The notes: generated by a model not told the origin, from the sequence alone. Shown: positions 1 to 10,305, counted from the stretch's first letter. The stretch: 32,000 nt of DNA from Isochrysis galbana (GCA_018136815.1 CM030931.1:5791515-5823514); one strand, 5' to 3'. Translations and numbers: made by a program.

Positions 1-1520
1 TGTGATTTCCATCGCCGGCGTGTGCTTATTTTTCGTATTGGTTGAAGATGTGATTCACAGTGACATCTTACTTGTGCACATACACGGGAACAGGCGCCTC
101 ATGGACAAGGCCTGATGTCGAAAACGAGGCCGGAGGCACGTGCATCACTTTCAGACTCCACAACGCCGTCACTCGGCATAAGAATGGGGCTCTTACGCCA
201 TCTCACACAGTCTCTTTTCTTGCACCACCCTTTCTTCAGATTCCCACAATTTTCACACAACATAAAGCCATCCCATGGACAAGGAACAATCTCACAAGAA
301 CATTTCGTTCGGCATGCCTCGAAGGCTACGCGACGAGACTGCTCACGCTCCTCTTCCTGAACATGGCGCTCGAGGCGCGCGGCCTTCCTCTTCTTCACTT
401 CTTCCTCGTCAGCAGCCGCCTCCTCGCGCCTCTTCTCCTTCTCAGCTAGCATGTCTCTCAAGGTGAAGGATCCCGAGAGCTGCACAAGTCGCTTCTTCGC
501 TCTACCATCGGGACGGCGGAGCACAGGGGCGGGGGCTGCATCCTCCTCATCTGACGCGTCCGATTCACAGTTCTTCCCAAACATCATGCTGCTAGTGCTG
601 CCTGAACTCGCAGATAGCACTCCCCTCAATGGATCGTACGGCGCATCAGCTTTCTCTTGCAGCTTGAGGGCATACGCCTCAAGCTGCTTAGCCTTCGCCT
701 GAGCAGCTGCAAGCGAGCCGTGACGGATGCCCGGTGGAGTACGCTTTGCCTCTGCCAAAGTCGAGGGGCCTGGAGAGGCGAGCTGAGTTGCTTCCTTTTG
801 CGCTGCTACTTCACGAGCCTGATCTATGAATTGTGAGCGATCTATGAGCCCTGGGCACAATCTGTTCCAAGCAATACCCACACGTTTCCACGCCTTGATG
901 ATATCATAGCGGTCACACCAAGAGAACCACATCCCCGGGACCCCAAGTTGTTTGTTCCCACCAAGCACACCTAGAAAGTCGGCGAGGGAGAGATGAGTGA
1001 GCGAGGTGCCGTGCACAACAAGATAGGCATCTTTATACGCGTCCCTAGCTTTATTGTAGGCGCGGTGAAACGACGAATTAAATTGATCGAGCGCTTGTAA
1101 GAAGCCTGATGTGCCTGCCTCTTCCGTAAATATGCGTATGCCAAGTTGTGCAGCATGACCGCAAGTCTTACGCAAGAGCTCATCACTAAATCGTGAAGAA
1201 TGATTATCAAGCATCAGGACAACCGGACGTTCGATGGGCGTGCCACCTGTGGCCGCCTCAACGGCACTCCGTTGCGAAATCCACGCGTCAAGTCGATGGA
1301 TGTACTTCAGGAACGTCTCCTCTGTCTGCATGCCTTCCGCAGCATGTACAGGAAGACAAGACCGAGTCTGTAGCGTCGTCAAGTCGACACGGTCGTCAAA
1401 CGTGCATTCACCTGCCGGGGCCTCAACGACTAAGTCTTCTGTTGCCCACTTGCGCTTGGTGACCAACTGCACTCCATAATTCCAACCCGCCGCATCCCAT
1501 GTCATCATGACGGTGATTGT

Positions 1521-1536
1521 TTCTTTGTTGAGACTC
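1521..1536. repeat. Target-site duplication, left copy (ttctttgttgagactc)
   Basis: Exact 16/16 match to 2471-2486. On the minus strand it encodes part of SLNKE in the transposase. Confidence 0.85.
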
Positions 1537-2470
1537 AACCTACTTTTATAAGTGGGGGACAATGGGGGCCTCGCGCCCCCCTCACACCATCGCGGACACC
1601 CCCCGGGGTGGGCCCGTACAATCAACCCCAGCCCCTGCCCTTTGGCAGGGGCAGGGCACTCAACAATCTAGCCCAGACCCTTCGGGGACGCGGCCCGCGA
1701 GCCGCACTCCCACGCCCGCGTTGGGCCTGCCCTCGAGCTGACTCCCCCTCTGTCCCTGGTCGCCAGGCATACAGGTGTCACTGGGCGGCTCCCATGGCCA
1801 GCGAGGCGAGCGTGGGAGAGGCAGGGGGGGCCAGGGGCTGAGCCCCAGCCTCCACTGTCCCCTGAGCTGCCATTGCTGGCCCCCTGGGAGCCCCCAAAGG
1901 GCCTCTGAGAGCAGGCCAGGGCGCGCCGCATGGCGACGCGCCGCAGGGACAACGAAGGGAGAGAGTGGAGAGAGGGAGAGGGGGGGTTTTGCACCCCCCC
2001 CGATGGAGTGCGGTTAGAAACAGGCCCCGTTTGCGTTAGCAAACGGGTAGGGGGCGGCCGGCGACAGGCGGGAGAGAGAAGGGAGCGGCTCAAGCTCGAG
2101 GAGAGTATCTTGAAGGTGGCACAGGCTACTCGACTCGCAGTCGTTTATTTCTCGAGAACTGCTCACGGCGCGAGCTGGAAGGGCCGATCCTCTTTGTCGA
2201 CGAGAGGATCCTCCCCCCCCCCCCGGTGCTTTTTCCCGGAGAGTCGGCCGGCGTCGACCGGTCCGTCTCAATGGGTTTTCCCTCATTTTAACTTGTGGGG
2301 AGTTAGAATGGGAGCCGGGGGCTTGCGAGGGGGGAGATGTGGAGGGGTGCATAGGTGTATGTATCTGTGGCAACAACACGCGCCAAGGTGTACGGGCAGG
2401 TGCGCTGAGGGCTGTCGTGTTATTACCGGGCTAGTGAGAGTAGTGGTACTAATGCTCAGTTATATTATTA
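1537..2470 (+). mobile_element. 934-bp non-autonomous repeat (retroposon-like) inserted into the pogo transposase ORF
   Basis: The insertion is flanked by the identical 16-mer ttctttgttgagactc at 1521-1536 and 2471-2486. Excising it restores the transposase frame. About 380 bp (1555-1935) is clearly homologous to 31187-31565, for example ccaggggctgagccccagcctccactg in both copies. No convincing ORF is present. It is rich in hairpins (1631-1652, 2026-2047, 2186-2210) and its 3' end is ...tatattatta next to the TSD. Orientation is inferred from that tail and is uncertain. Confidence 0.75.
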
Positions 2471-2486
2471 TTCTTTGTTGAGACTC
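2471..2486. repeat. Target-site duplication, right copy (ttctttgttgagactc)
   Basis: Exact 16/16 match to 1521-1536, immediately flanking the 934-bp insertion. Confidence 0.85.
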
Positions 2487-5011
2487 GCCGTCTGCCGCAC
2501 CGCCTTACCCTTCCTTTTTGCCACTTTGGCTCGTCTCCCTTTTTGAGGCACGTCTAAGGGTTGTGGGGTCTCGTCCGCGTTGAGAAGACGACGCGCATCT
2601 TTGATTACCTATACGGGAGGGGCGCGGTTGTTTGTCATTCGTCGTTTGTTTGTGGTGTGTGCGAACAGCGAACACGCACAACACGCATCAGCGACCTCCG
2701 ACCTTACCTTGGTGTCGGGAGTCATGACCCCCGCGGCGATGAGTTCTTTTTCGAGCCCATACTCGCCAAAAAAATGGTTCTCGACGACTTGCTCTGTGTG
2801 CTTCATTGACCTTCTTTCCTCCTCGGCTCTAGATACGCCCTCCGCGATGTCAACGCCTCTTGCTCGCCACCACGGGAAGATTCTTTGAAAGAATGTATGG
2901 GAGAGGTCGAGCGTGGAATTGACGTGATTCAACTCAGGGGTATTGAGGGGAATTGAGCCCTTGCCGAACTTTTTGATACGATTGAAGCGGTGCCTCTCTG
3001 TGAGCATCTGGCGGACCTTGACAGAAATCTGATGCCGAGACTGGGGATCATGGGCGTCAGCGCGCGTGAGGATCCACGATGCCAACTTCAAGCGCTCAGC
3101 ATTTGTGAGCAGCTGTTGGTTGGCGTCCCGAGTGGAGTCATCATTGGCGGCAGGCCGCCTCAGGCCCCACTCGACCTTTCCGCGCGTGGCATGAGGGAAA
3201 AGCCCAGAAGCCAGAGCCGCCTTCGCGCCAACGCTATGCGTGCGACAATGAGCAACCGCCTTCCGGACATCTGCGACTACGCGCGCGCGCTCCTCGGCCC
3301 GGGTGTCGCGGGCATGTACTGTGTAGTGCCCCCGTGCCGGCTTGGGCTTGTTGGCAGGCTTGCTAGGGGCCATGGGAGGCTGGGGAAGGGCACGGGCACG
3401 CCCACGAAGCGGGCACGCGCACGAAGCTCAAGCCTCTAGTGAGTGTGTGTTTGGTGGTGAGTGTGTGGCGGGCGGCCGCATGCGCGCGGCGTCGGCCCTA
3501 AGGCTAGGCCCCGTGTGTGTGTCGTGTTGTGGCGCAGAGGACAATTGACAATTGCCTCCTTTGCGCCCTCGCATTTGTGCACCTTGCTGGAGCTCTGGCA
3601 CTGCAAAGCTTTGCAGCTTATTTAGCAGTATTTTCCCCTACTCCGCAGATTTCCTCTTCCCCCCTCCGCGCGGATAGTCTCTCCCCCTCCGCAAGATTTC
3701 CCCCCCTCCGAGCAGCGGACAGTCTCTTGCCCTGTGCGCGCCGAGACGCCGTGTTCCCAGGCGGCGGCGGTGGAGGGACCGGGGGGGGCGCGGGCCACCG
3801 GACCATATCTAACTAAGCCCATCCCCCTAGTAGTGCATGCACGGGGGGAGTCGCCTGATGGCGGGGGGGAAAGGGCCGGGGGAGTGGGGGTGTAGAAAGT
3901 TTTGCTGCGTGAGTAGAAAGTAGAGGGTCCACGGCCGCGTGTGCGGTGAGACTATTAAGAAATCAATTAATGTTGTTGTTGTCCGGTTTTCCTCCCTGGT
4001 TCTCGAGGTGGAGGTGGATTGTGGAATGCTACGACGGCTCAGGCGAGAGGACCGCAGGTTGGGCGGCATCTATTGCTGCCTCCACCGGCCACTCCATTCC
4101 CGCAGCCTCATCTTCCTCCATTCAGCTCTGGCTCCTGTCACGGCCTCAGAGGCCCTCGTCGCCCTCCTCCCGGGAGCGAACAAGCGCTCTTCATTCGCGT
4201 CATACGTATACGCAATACGTAATACCGGAGGATGGGCTCTCTCATGCACTCATGCACGGACCACCTTACGATTTTAAAAATTTGTCATTGCGCTAGATTC
4301 GCTCAATTTCTAGACTCCTTCCCATTAACATGGACGGCACGCTGCCGCGATCGCAGTGCATACCGAGAGGCAAGCAAGCAAGCGGCAGGCATAGAGGCTT
4401 GAGGGGCAGGCCGGCTTGCACGCCAAGTAAGTCAGCCAATGCCAACTAAGTCAGCCAATGCCAGCCACCTGCATCTGATGGAGCAAAACTATGGCAAGAT
4501 AGGACGAATCAGGCGGGAAAGTCTCCTGGTATCACCATGTTGGGGGTAGCTTGTGTAGCTCCGATCCTGTCGCCTGAGATGATGGCCAAAGCGAGTGCTG
4601 TTGTGCAGAGCCACCAAAATCAAAGACGTCTGTAGATCGAGAAGGACGGCTAGCTATGTCATAGTAGAAGCACTGATCGAAGGAGATGCGACTGCGCCGA
4701 TCGCGACAGCGTTCCAGCTGCTCGTCTTCCAGCTCCTGCAGCTTGGTTTGCCGGGCGCTCTCGCGATCGCCTAGACTCATTGCCGCCCCCTGCTCCAGAA
4801 GATCCTCCAAGACCAAGTCACGCTGTGGTGCTGTCGATGTCACACTAGCTGATATAAGAGTAGCAGCAAGTGCGGATGTCGGGTGCAGAGCCAATGTCGC
4901 TGCGAGGCAGCAGCAGCACAAAGTATTCTCGAGGACACAACCAAGAGGGCGCATGCGCCATGCGGGCAGGCCCGACGCCCTCGAACGTACCAATCTACTA
5001 CTATCTGAAAT

Positions 5012-5098
5012 AGAAGAATAGTAGTTCGGGCTCTCTCTTGTGCTCCTCTCCGCTTTAGAAGAATAGTAGTCCGGGCTCTCTCTACTTCTCTCCGCTTT
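5012..5098. repeat. Tandem repeat, about 44 bp x 2
   Basis: agaagaatagtagttcgggctctctc...ctctccgcttt occurs twice, at 5012-5056 and 5057-5098. Confidence 0.8.
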
Positions 5099-5197
5099 AC
5101 TGCGGGGGCGCGGTCCCCTTCCCTCGTCGAGGGGGGGAATTCCATAGAGTAGAGCGTTTAAAAGAAGAGAGAGGGCGGGAGCGGGGAGCGGGGGGGC

Positions 5198-5234
5198 GGG
5201 GGGGGGGGGGGGGGGGACCGGGGGGGGGGGGGGG
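5198..5234. repeat. Homopolymer G tracts (G19 and G15 separated by acc)
   Basis: G19 at 5198-5216 and G15 at 5220-5234, lying 36 nt upstream of the ATG at 5270. More G-rich sequence extends from 5176. Confidence 0.95.
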
Positions 5235-5269
5235 AACGGAGAGGGAGGGAAGGGGCAGCGCTCGCGCCG

Positions 5270-7326
5270 ATGGAGCCGTCCGTGCTGCGCCACGCTCTGC
5301 CCACCGCCAGCGTCGAGCTGTGCTCTCAGCTGAGCCGGCTGGCGGAGCTTGGAGCAGTGGGCCGTATGCTTGGGCTGCCCTCGCTCGCTGCTCTCTCCGC
5401 GGCTCTCGTCGCCTCGCAGCTCTCGATGGGGCCACTCTGCCACGTCACTTCGTCCGTCGTCGCTCACCTCGCTGTCCAGCCCGTCGAGGATGGGACTGTG
5501 CGGCGGCGGAGGGACGGGAGGGCGCAGGCGGCCGCCGCGATCGCGCTAAGCGCACTTCTCACACTGCCCGTCGCGCTGTTCTACTCGCTTGCACCCAGTG
5601 GGCTGAGCGGAAGCCTGAGGGAGAGGGAGAGGATTGGCACGTACCTGCACATGCTCATATGGGCGGTGCTGCCCGCGCTGCTGCAGGCGGCGGCGGTGGG
5701 CTATCTGCGCGCATGGCAGCGGCTTCCCACCGCAGCGCTCGTCATACTCGCCACCGCTGTCGCGTATGTGCTCGCACTCCCCGCGGCGGTCGCTGCCGAC
5801 GGTCTGGCGGGTGCTGCCGCCGCAGTCGCGGCTACCCATGCAGTAAGCCTGCTGCTCCTCGTCGGCTTCCACCACAACGCATTCCACGCGCGCGAGCCGC
5901 CGCTGGCGCCGCCGCCGGCTCACTCGCCGCCCGAGCAGGCGGGCCTCGCGACCGCCGCCGCCGAGCGGCTGCGCGACCTCCTCTCAGGCTTCCCGTTTGC
6001 GGCGCTCCTTGCTACGCTCCGCGCGGGGCCAGCGCCGATGCTCGTCTTCTTCTCGCTTTGGCTTGGCTGTGATGCGGCCGCCGTCGCCGCCATCTCAATC
6101 GTCTTTGCGCTACTGCAGGTGCCGACAGTAGGGGCGGATTGCGGCGACAGCACGAGCCGCGTCGTCAACTGAGCACCGCTTTGCCCGCACGAGTTACCAG
6201 CCGCTTTGCACTCCACCGAGAAAGCCGCTTGCCAGCTGCGCTCTCGCGCATGCTGCCCACGGCCACCCGAGGACATCCGAATTGCCTGGCGCTACAGGTG
6301 TGCCTCGCCCCTTGGGTGGCGCTTCAACTCTCCGTGCTCACCTTCGCCGCAAAGTATCTCGCACAGCACCGAGCTCGCGCTGCATACGACTTGATATGGT
6401 GTGCTGCCCCCTACGACGCACAGCTGTGTGCACCCACGATGCTATCTAGCCTGGAAAATCCATCCCCTTCTGCTGCAGGTCTTCGCTCCTCGTCATCGCC
6501 CTCCTTGCTGCGGCCGGAAGCACTGCTCTCTGGCCCCTCACCGCAGGCGACGAGTCCTCGCCGCTGATTGCCTTCTTCGGTGGTGATGCGAGGCTCTACC
6601 CCGCGCTCGTGCAGCTCCTACCATTGCTTCCCACGCTGGTTTTTCTAAAGGTGGGTGGCAGACGGCCACCCGGACGCGCGGCTGGCGGCGGTAGTCTACC
6701 TACCACTCGCGCCATTCACTCTTCACGCTCTTACTCTCCCCTCGTCATAGGCGGCCACCGGACTCTTTGGCTCATACCTGGCGGCGACCGGCTACAGCAA
6801 AGAGGTGGGCGCAGCGTACTGCGCAGTCCATTGGTGTGCATCGCTTCCTCTGGCCTTCCATCTTGGCCGCTTGACCATTGAGAGCGGGGGGGCCAACACC
6901 ACTATCCGCACGATAATCAGAGTTCATGCGGCGGCGTGGGGCGCGACGGCGGCGATGTTTGGCGTCGGATACAGCTGCACCGTTGCTCGAGCGATTCCAC
7001 GCCCCGACATTTTTGCTGCGAGCGGCAACCCGTCGGCGGATCGCGCGTTGCCTCACAGCGCGATTCCTCTTGGTGGGAGCCCGCAATGCGTCGACAACTC
7101 GCGCGTCGAGAGCGGGTCAAAGTCACGCGCCGTCTCCTCGTCCGGGTCGGCAAAGCGTCCGCCGAGCGGGGCGGCCTCGGGGGTATCGTCGTCGCAGTGG
7201 TATGCACCTCGCGGGGGATCCGACTTGTGGGCGAGACGTAACTCACCCGATGGCAAGCGGGCCGGCCGGATGACGGGGATGCGGATGTCGCCGCTCAGGC
7301 AGCCGCTGCTAGATGCAGAAGCTTGA
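5270..7326 (+). CDS. Polytopic Ala/Leu-rich membrane protein of unknown function; proposed exons 5270..6118, 6298..6398, 6479..6650, 6751..7326
   Basis: ORF 5270..6172 encodes multiple hydrophobic helices. The donor CAG|GTGCCG at 6118/6119 and acceptor gctacag| at 6297 join in phase 0 to VCLAPWVALQLSVLTFAAKYL. The donor ATATG|GTGTGC (6398/6399) and acceptor ccccttctgctgcag| (6478) join in phase 2, rebuild a Trp codon and continue as SSLLVIALLAAAGSTALWPL...LLPLLPTLVFLK. The donor AAG|GTGGGT (6650/6651) and acceptor ctcgtcatag| (6750) continue as AATGLFGSYLAATGYSKEVGAAYCAVHWC. All junctions are in frame. The 3' end may be spliced further. No family could be recognised. Confidence 0.55.
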
Positions 7327-7328
7327 GG

Positions 7329-7391
7329 TGGCACCCGTGAAACTTGACGTGGCATCGGTAAAACCTGAAATAGCGCCGGCGAAACTTGAAG
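7329..7391. repeat. Three tandem degenerate 21-bp repeats
   Basis: ggcacccgtgaaacttgacgt / ggcatcggtaaaacctgaaat / agcgccggcgaaacttgaagg. Confidence 0.7.
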
Positions 7392-8084
7392 GGCGCTTGG
7401 GCCCACACCGATGGGGCCCCGCCTCGTGGAGTGTACTTTTACATCCGAGACCGTGCCGCGCATCGATGCTGATGGCTGCTAGTAGAGGACCACGAGGCGC
7501 CGCGACGATGGGCGACTGGGGCCAGACTTCAGAGGTCTTCATTTTTGCGCCGGCATTCGTTTTCCCCCGGTGGATGGTCCGTGGTCCCGCTGCAGCTTCT
7601 CGTCGTATGGTCATGTGGCATCCCGGGCCAAGTATGTCAAGAGACACATGAATGATAGCCGCCTCTTGATGGTGGTCCAAGAATCTAATTTTGCCTGCTC
7701 CGTAGGGTTGCTCTGTAGCTAGGCATGGCAATGGGCCCTACATGGGCGAGGAGAAATGTTGCTTGCTACCTGTGCGGGCAAGCAATTGCAGTATTCGATG
7801 TTCCATCATATGTCGCTATGCATACGCACCGATGTCTCGGTGGTGTACCGTAGGCAAATACCTAAGGGGAGGGAAGGAATACGCTGCTCCGGCAACGATT
7901 CAACAGGACGAATGGCTTTGTGTGCTCCTCTGCTGCTACTACGCAACCTCAGCATGTGCAATCCACCCTACAGTCTACATTGTTTGTTGCCGGCACAACG
8001 CACAACCTCTCGCCCCCTACCCGCAACACGAACAACCGGCTCACCCAGGCCTGGCGGGGAATCTAGGGCTGAAAAGTTGTGTTC

Positions 8085-8194
8085 GATTAGATAGTGGGGT
8101 TGAACATTCTTTGATTTATTAGCATACTGCACCATATCGGATTAGATCGTGGGGTTGAACATTCTTTGATTTATGAACATACTGCACCATATCG
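8085..8194. repeat. Tandem duplication, 55 bp x 2
   Basis: gattagatagtggggttgaacattctttgatttattagcatactgcaccatatcg (8085-8139) is repeated at 8140-8194 with about 4 substitutions. Confidence 0.9.
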
Positions 8195-8457
8195 ACTTCA
8201 ATACTTCAATCATTCATGGTGAAGGCAAGGGCACAACTCCGGCACCACGAGCAATGTAGTTAATCATGAAAGCACTGGCGCGTCTCCGATACTGCGGGAC
8301 AGCTGGGTGGGCATCTCATACGCTGTTCTGAAGGCACCGCACATCATGCTTGCCACACCAATACCGCACCCGGGGTGAGAGTCGCAGCATTCATTATGCA
8401 GCACTATTGCATGTACACTTGATGCTGTGTGCCAAACGAGAGTTGGCGAGGTCGTGC

Positions 8458-8946
8458 TCACAGGTCTTCATGAGCGCTCGCTCCACCGATCGCCAGAGTG
8501 TGCTTCTTCCATCGCTGCCCATCAGGCGTGTCTTCCACAATGGAGCCGAGCGCCTCTCGCACAACCGCCTCAAGGGCATCTTCGCTTGGATCATCGAGCC
8601 GCAGCACGTCCGCCATCCGTGCACGCGACGAGAAGAGAAGTGCCCTCGGGAGCATTCTCTTGCGAATGTTGAACTCAGACGCTACAGCCTTTACCTCGTC
8701 CACGTCCGCACGTCCCCAGTTCATCTGGTGGCCCAGACCAGCCGCAAGCCCTTCAAAAGCGTGCAACATCGCGCGCGAGCGCTCGTCCTCCTCTCGCGTG
8801 CGCGAGGTGAAGAGGACGGCCCAGACGTCGGGGTCCTGCATAACCTCGGTCTCGAAGGCTTCCTCCGACTCCAGCCGCACCAGCTCACCGCGCGCTCCCG
8901 CCAGAAGACAGGAGAGCAGCAGCGAGACGCCGAGCCGTCGCGCCAT
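8458..8946 (-). CDS. Secretory-pathway thioredoxin-fold protein (PDI b-type-like, no CxxC) with C-terminal HEDL
   Basis: A 162-aa single-exon ORF with ATG at 8946. The N-terminal signal-peptide-like sequence is MARRLGVSLLLSCLLAGARG. The thioredoxin/PDI-like layout is VWAVLFTSRT...WGRADVDEVKAVASEFNIRKRMLPRALLF, with TSRT where WCGHC would sit. The C-terminus ...SAHEDL resembles a KDEL/HDEL retrieval signal. Confidence 0.6.
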   Translation of the reverse strand: MARRLGVSLLLSCLLAGARGELVRLESEEAFETEVMQDPDVWAVLFTSRTREEDERSRAMLHAFEGLAAGLGHQMNWGRADVDEVKAVASEFNIRKRMLPRALLFSSRARMADVLRLDDPSEDALEAVVREALGSIVEDTPDGQRWKKHTLAIGGASAHEDL

Positions 8947-9228
8947 CGTGATCGTAGCCAGCGAGCGCTGAGAGAAGCAGAGAAGAGATAGAGCCTTTAC
9001 TCTTTTGTAAATAGATTTCGGAAAGGTAAAGGGTAAAAAAAGTAAAGGGTGAGAGTTTCTTCTTGATTTTTCTTTTACTAGTAGATCGTTCTTTCCTTAG
9101 GGATCATAGGGGTCATCCTAATTCTTTCTAGAAGCAGTGCTCCCGCTCACATCATTTGTGTGTGAAAGATTCGAGCATGAGGGACACCTTCCCTTATCCT
9201 GCTCCGATGATTCTCGGCGGAGAGTGAT

Positions 9229-9480
9229 TACAGCATTACAGCTTTACAGCGACGTGATAGCGACGTTGCACGTTGAACGTTGCACGTCGTTGCACTGTGC
9301 GCTGCGCCGCCGTTCGCCGTCCATGAGACGTTCTGCGCTCATCTCTCTCACGGTCGTTTCCTCTTCACAGTCTAGCGGATTCCGGTACACTCCGCGCTCC
9401 GCACTCCGAACTCCGCACACCTGCGTCCTGCGTCAGTAGCATGCAGAGAGCAGAGATCGAGAGATCGAGAGATCGAGAGC
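9229..9480. repeat. Cluster of short tandem repeats
   Basis: (ttacagc)x3, (acgttgcacg)-type repeats, (ctccgc)-type repeats, and (gagatcga)x3 at 9453-9476. Confidence 0.7.
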
Positions 9481-10160
9481 TTTAGCTTCTAGCTTAGGCC
9501 ATGTTCCGTTGAATATGGGCCATAGTCCGTTCACAACAATAATGATCGAAGCATGGAAAAACAATGAAACCTGCCACTTACTTGCCCGTGTGCTCTATTT
9601 AAGTTAAGATACAAAGTATATCTACCAGAACCAGAGAGAATATTATATAATGTTATATCCTAGCCAATCCCACTAGCTAATATCTAATATAAAGTGCGGG
9701 CCATCCAAAGTCCCGGTGCACCACCCGAATACGGGAGAAATTATACCCCCGCATACATGCATATTATAATTACTAGGATGTTCGACGTTCGACCCCCCTC
9801 CCCCCACTCGTTGCGCGCCCCGCATATATCATATATCATATATGCACGTTATAATTACTATTGACATTTGACGACTCTTCCCGCGCATCGTGATCTCACA
9901 GCAGGGTGACCTGCACCTTGAGCTTTCTCAGCGGTGATAGCATTGGCCGGTATCGCGCTGGTGCCCATGCGGCAACCATCGCGGCTTTTGCGAGGCAGAG
10001 CGCCATCGCCGAACGCATTGCCAGTGTAATCTCAAACGGATAAGATTTCCTGCATTTGCACGCACGCACATTCACTGTAATGCGCGCGACACTTATAGTA
10101 ACACAGTATAACGCGCGCGACAACCACGTGCAGAGAAATGAGAGAACGACGGGAGAAGAG

Positions 10161-10305
10161 CCCCGTAAGACCCGCGGGGGGGAATTCGGCGGGGAACCCC
10201 CCCGCGGGGGGGAATTCGGCGGGGAAACCCGTAAGACCCGGCGGGCGGACCCGTAAGACCCGCGAGGGGGGAATCGGCGGGGGAACCCGTAAGACCCGCG
10301 GGGGA
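10161..10305. repeat. Degenerate tandem repeat, about 30-35 bp unit
   Basis: cccgtaagacccgcg occurs 4 times, interleaved with gggggggaattcggcggggaa occurring 3 times. Confidence 0.8.

Larger units (their letters stand above)
99..3373 (-). pseudogene. pogo/Tigger-like DNA transposase (CENP-B-type HTH plus DDE_1 catalytic domain), inactivated copy
   Basis: Track ORFs 2609..3373(-) and 99..1625(-) belong to one reading frame. The N-terminal part carries an HTH_Tnp_Tc5-like motif (QQLLTNAERLKLASWIL). The frame reads straight through a single TAG (plus coordinates 2609-2611) into RRLLNADETPQPL, the canonical N-x-DET first catalytic Asp near 2573-2575. It continues as KGRRAKVAKRKGKAVRQTASLNKETITVMMTWDAAGW. 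The second Asp is in VVLMLDNHSSRFS (1206-1208) and the third in GFLQALDQ (1086-1088). Removing the 934-bp insertion plus one 16-bp TSD copy (950 nt) leaves 2325 nt, exactly 775 codons, with both halves in frame. The C-terminus is Cys-rich (CSCEIVPCPWDGFMLCENCGNLKKGWCKKRDC). Element termini and TIRs were not found, and the 3' end probably lies left of the window. Confidence 0.85.

Noticed and set aside
2541-2708. A candidate intron in the pogo gene (donor AAG|GTAAGG near 2708, acceptor cccttag near 2541).
   Set aside because: No acceptor gives the required frame. Simple read-through in the original frame reaches the canonical NADET motif with only one TAG in the way, so an unspliced ORF with a nonsense mutation is the simpler explanation.
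4532-5467. A 311-aa minus-strand ORF with a poly-proline core.
   Set aside because: The Pro stretch is simply the complement of the G19/G15 tracts, and the ORF spans the 44-bp tandem repeat. Only the last 82 codons (4532..4780, MSLGDRESARQTKLQELEDEQLERC...) look at all protein-like, and they have no motif support.
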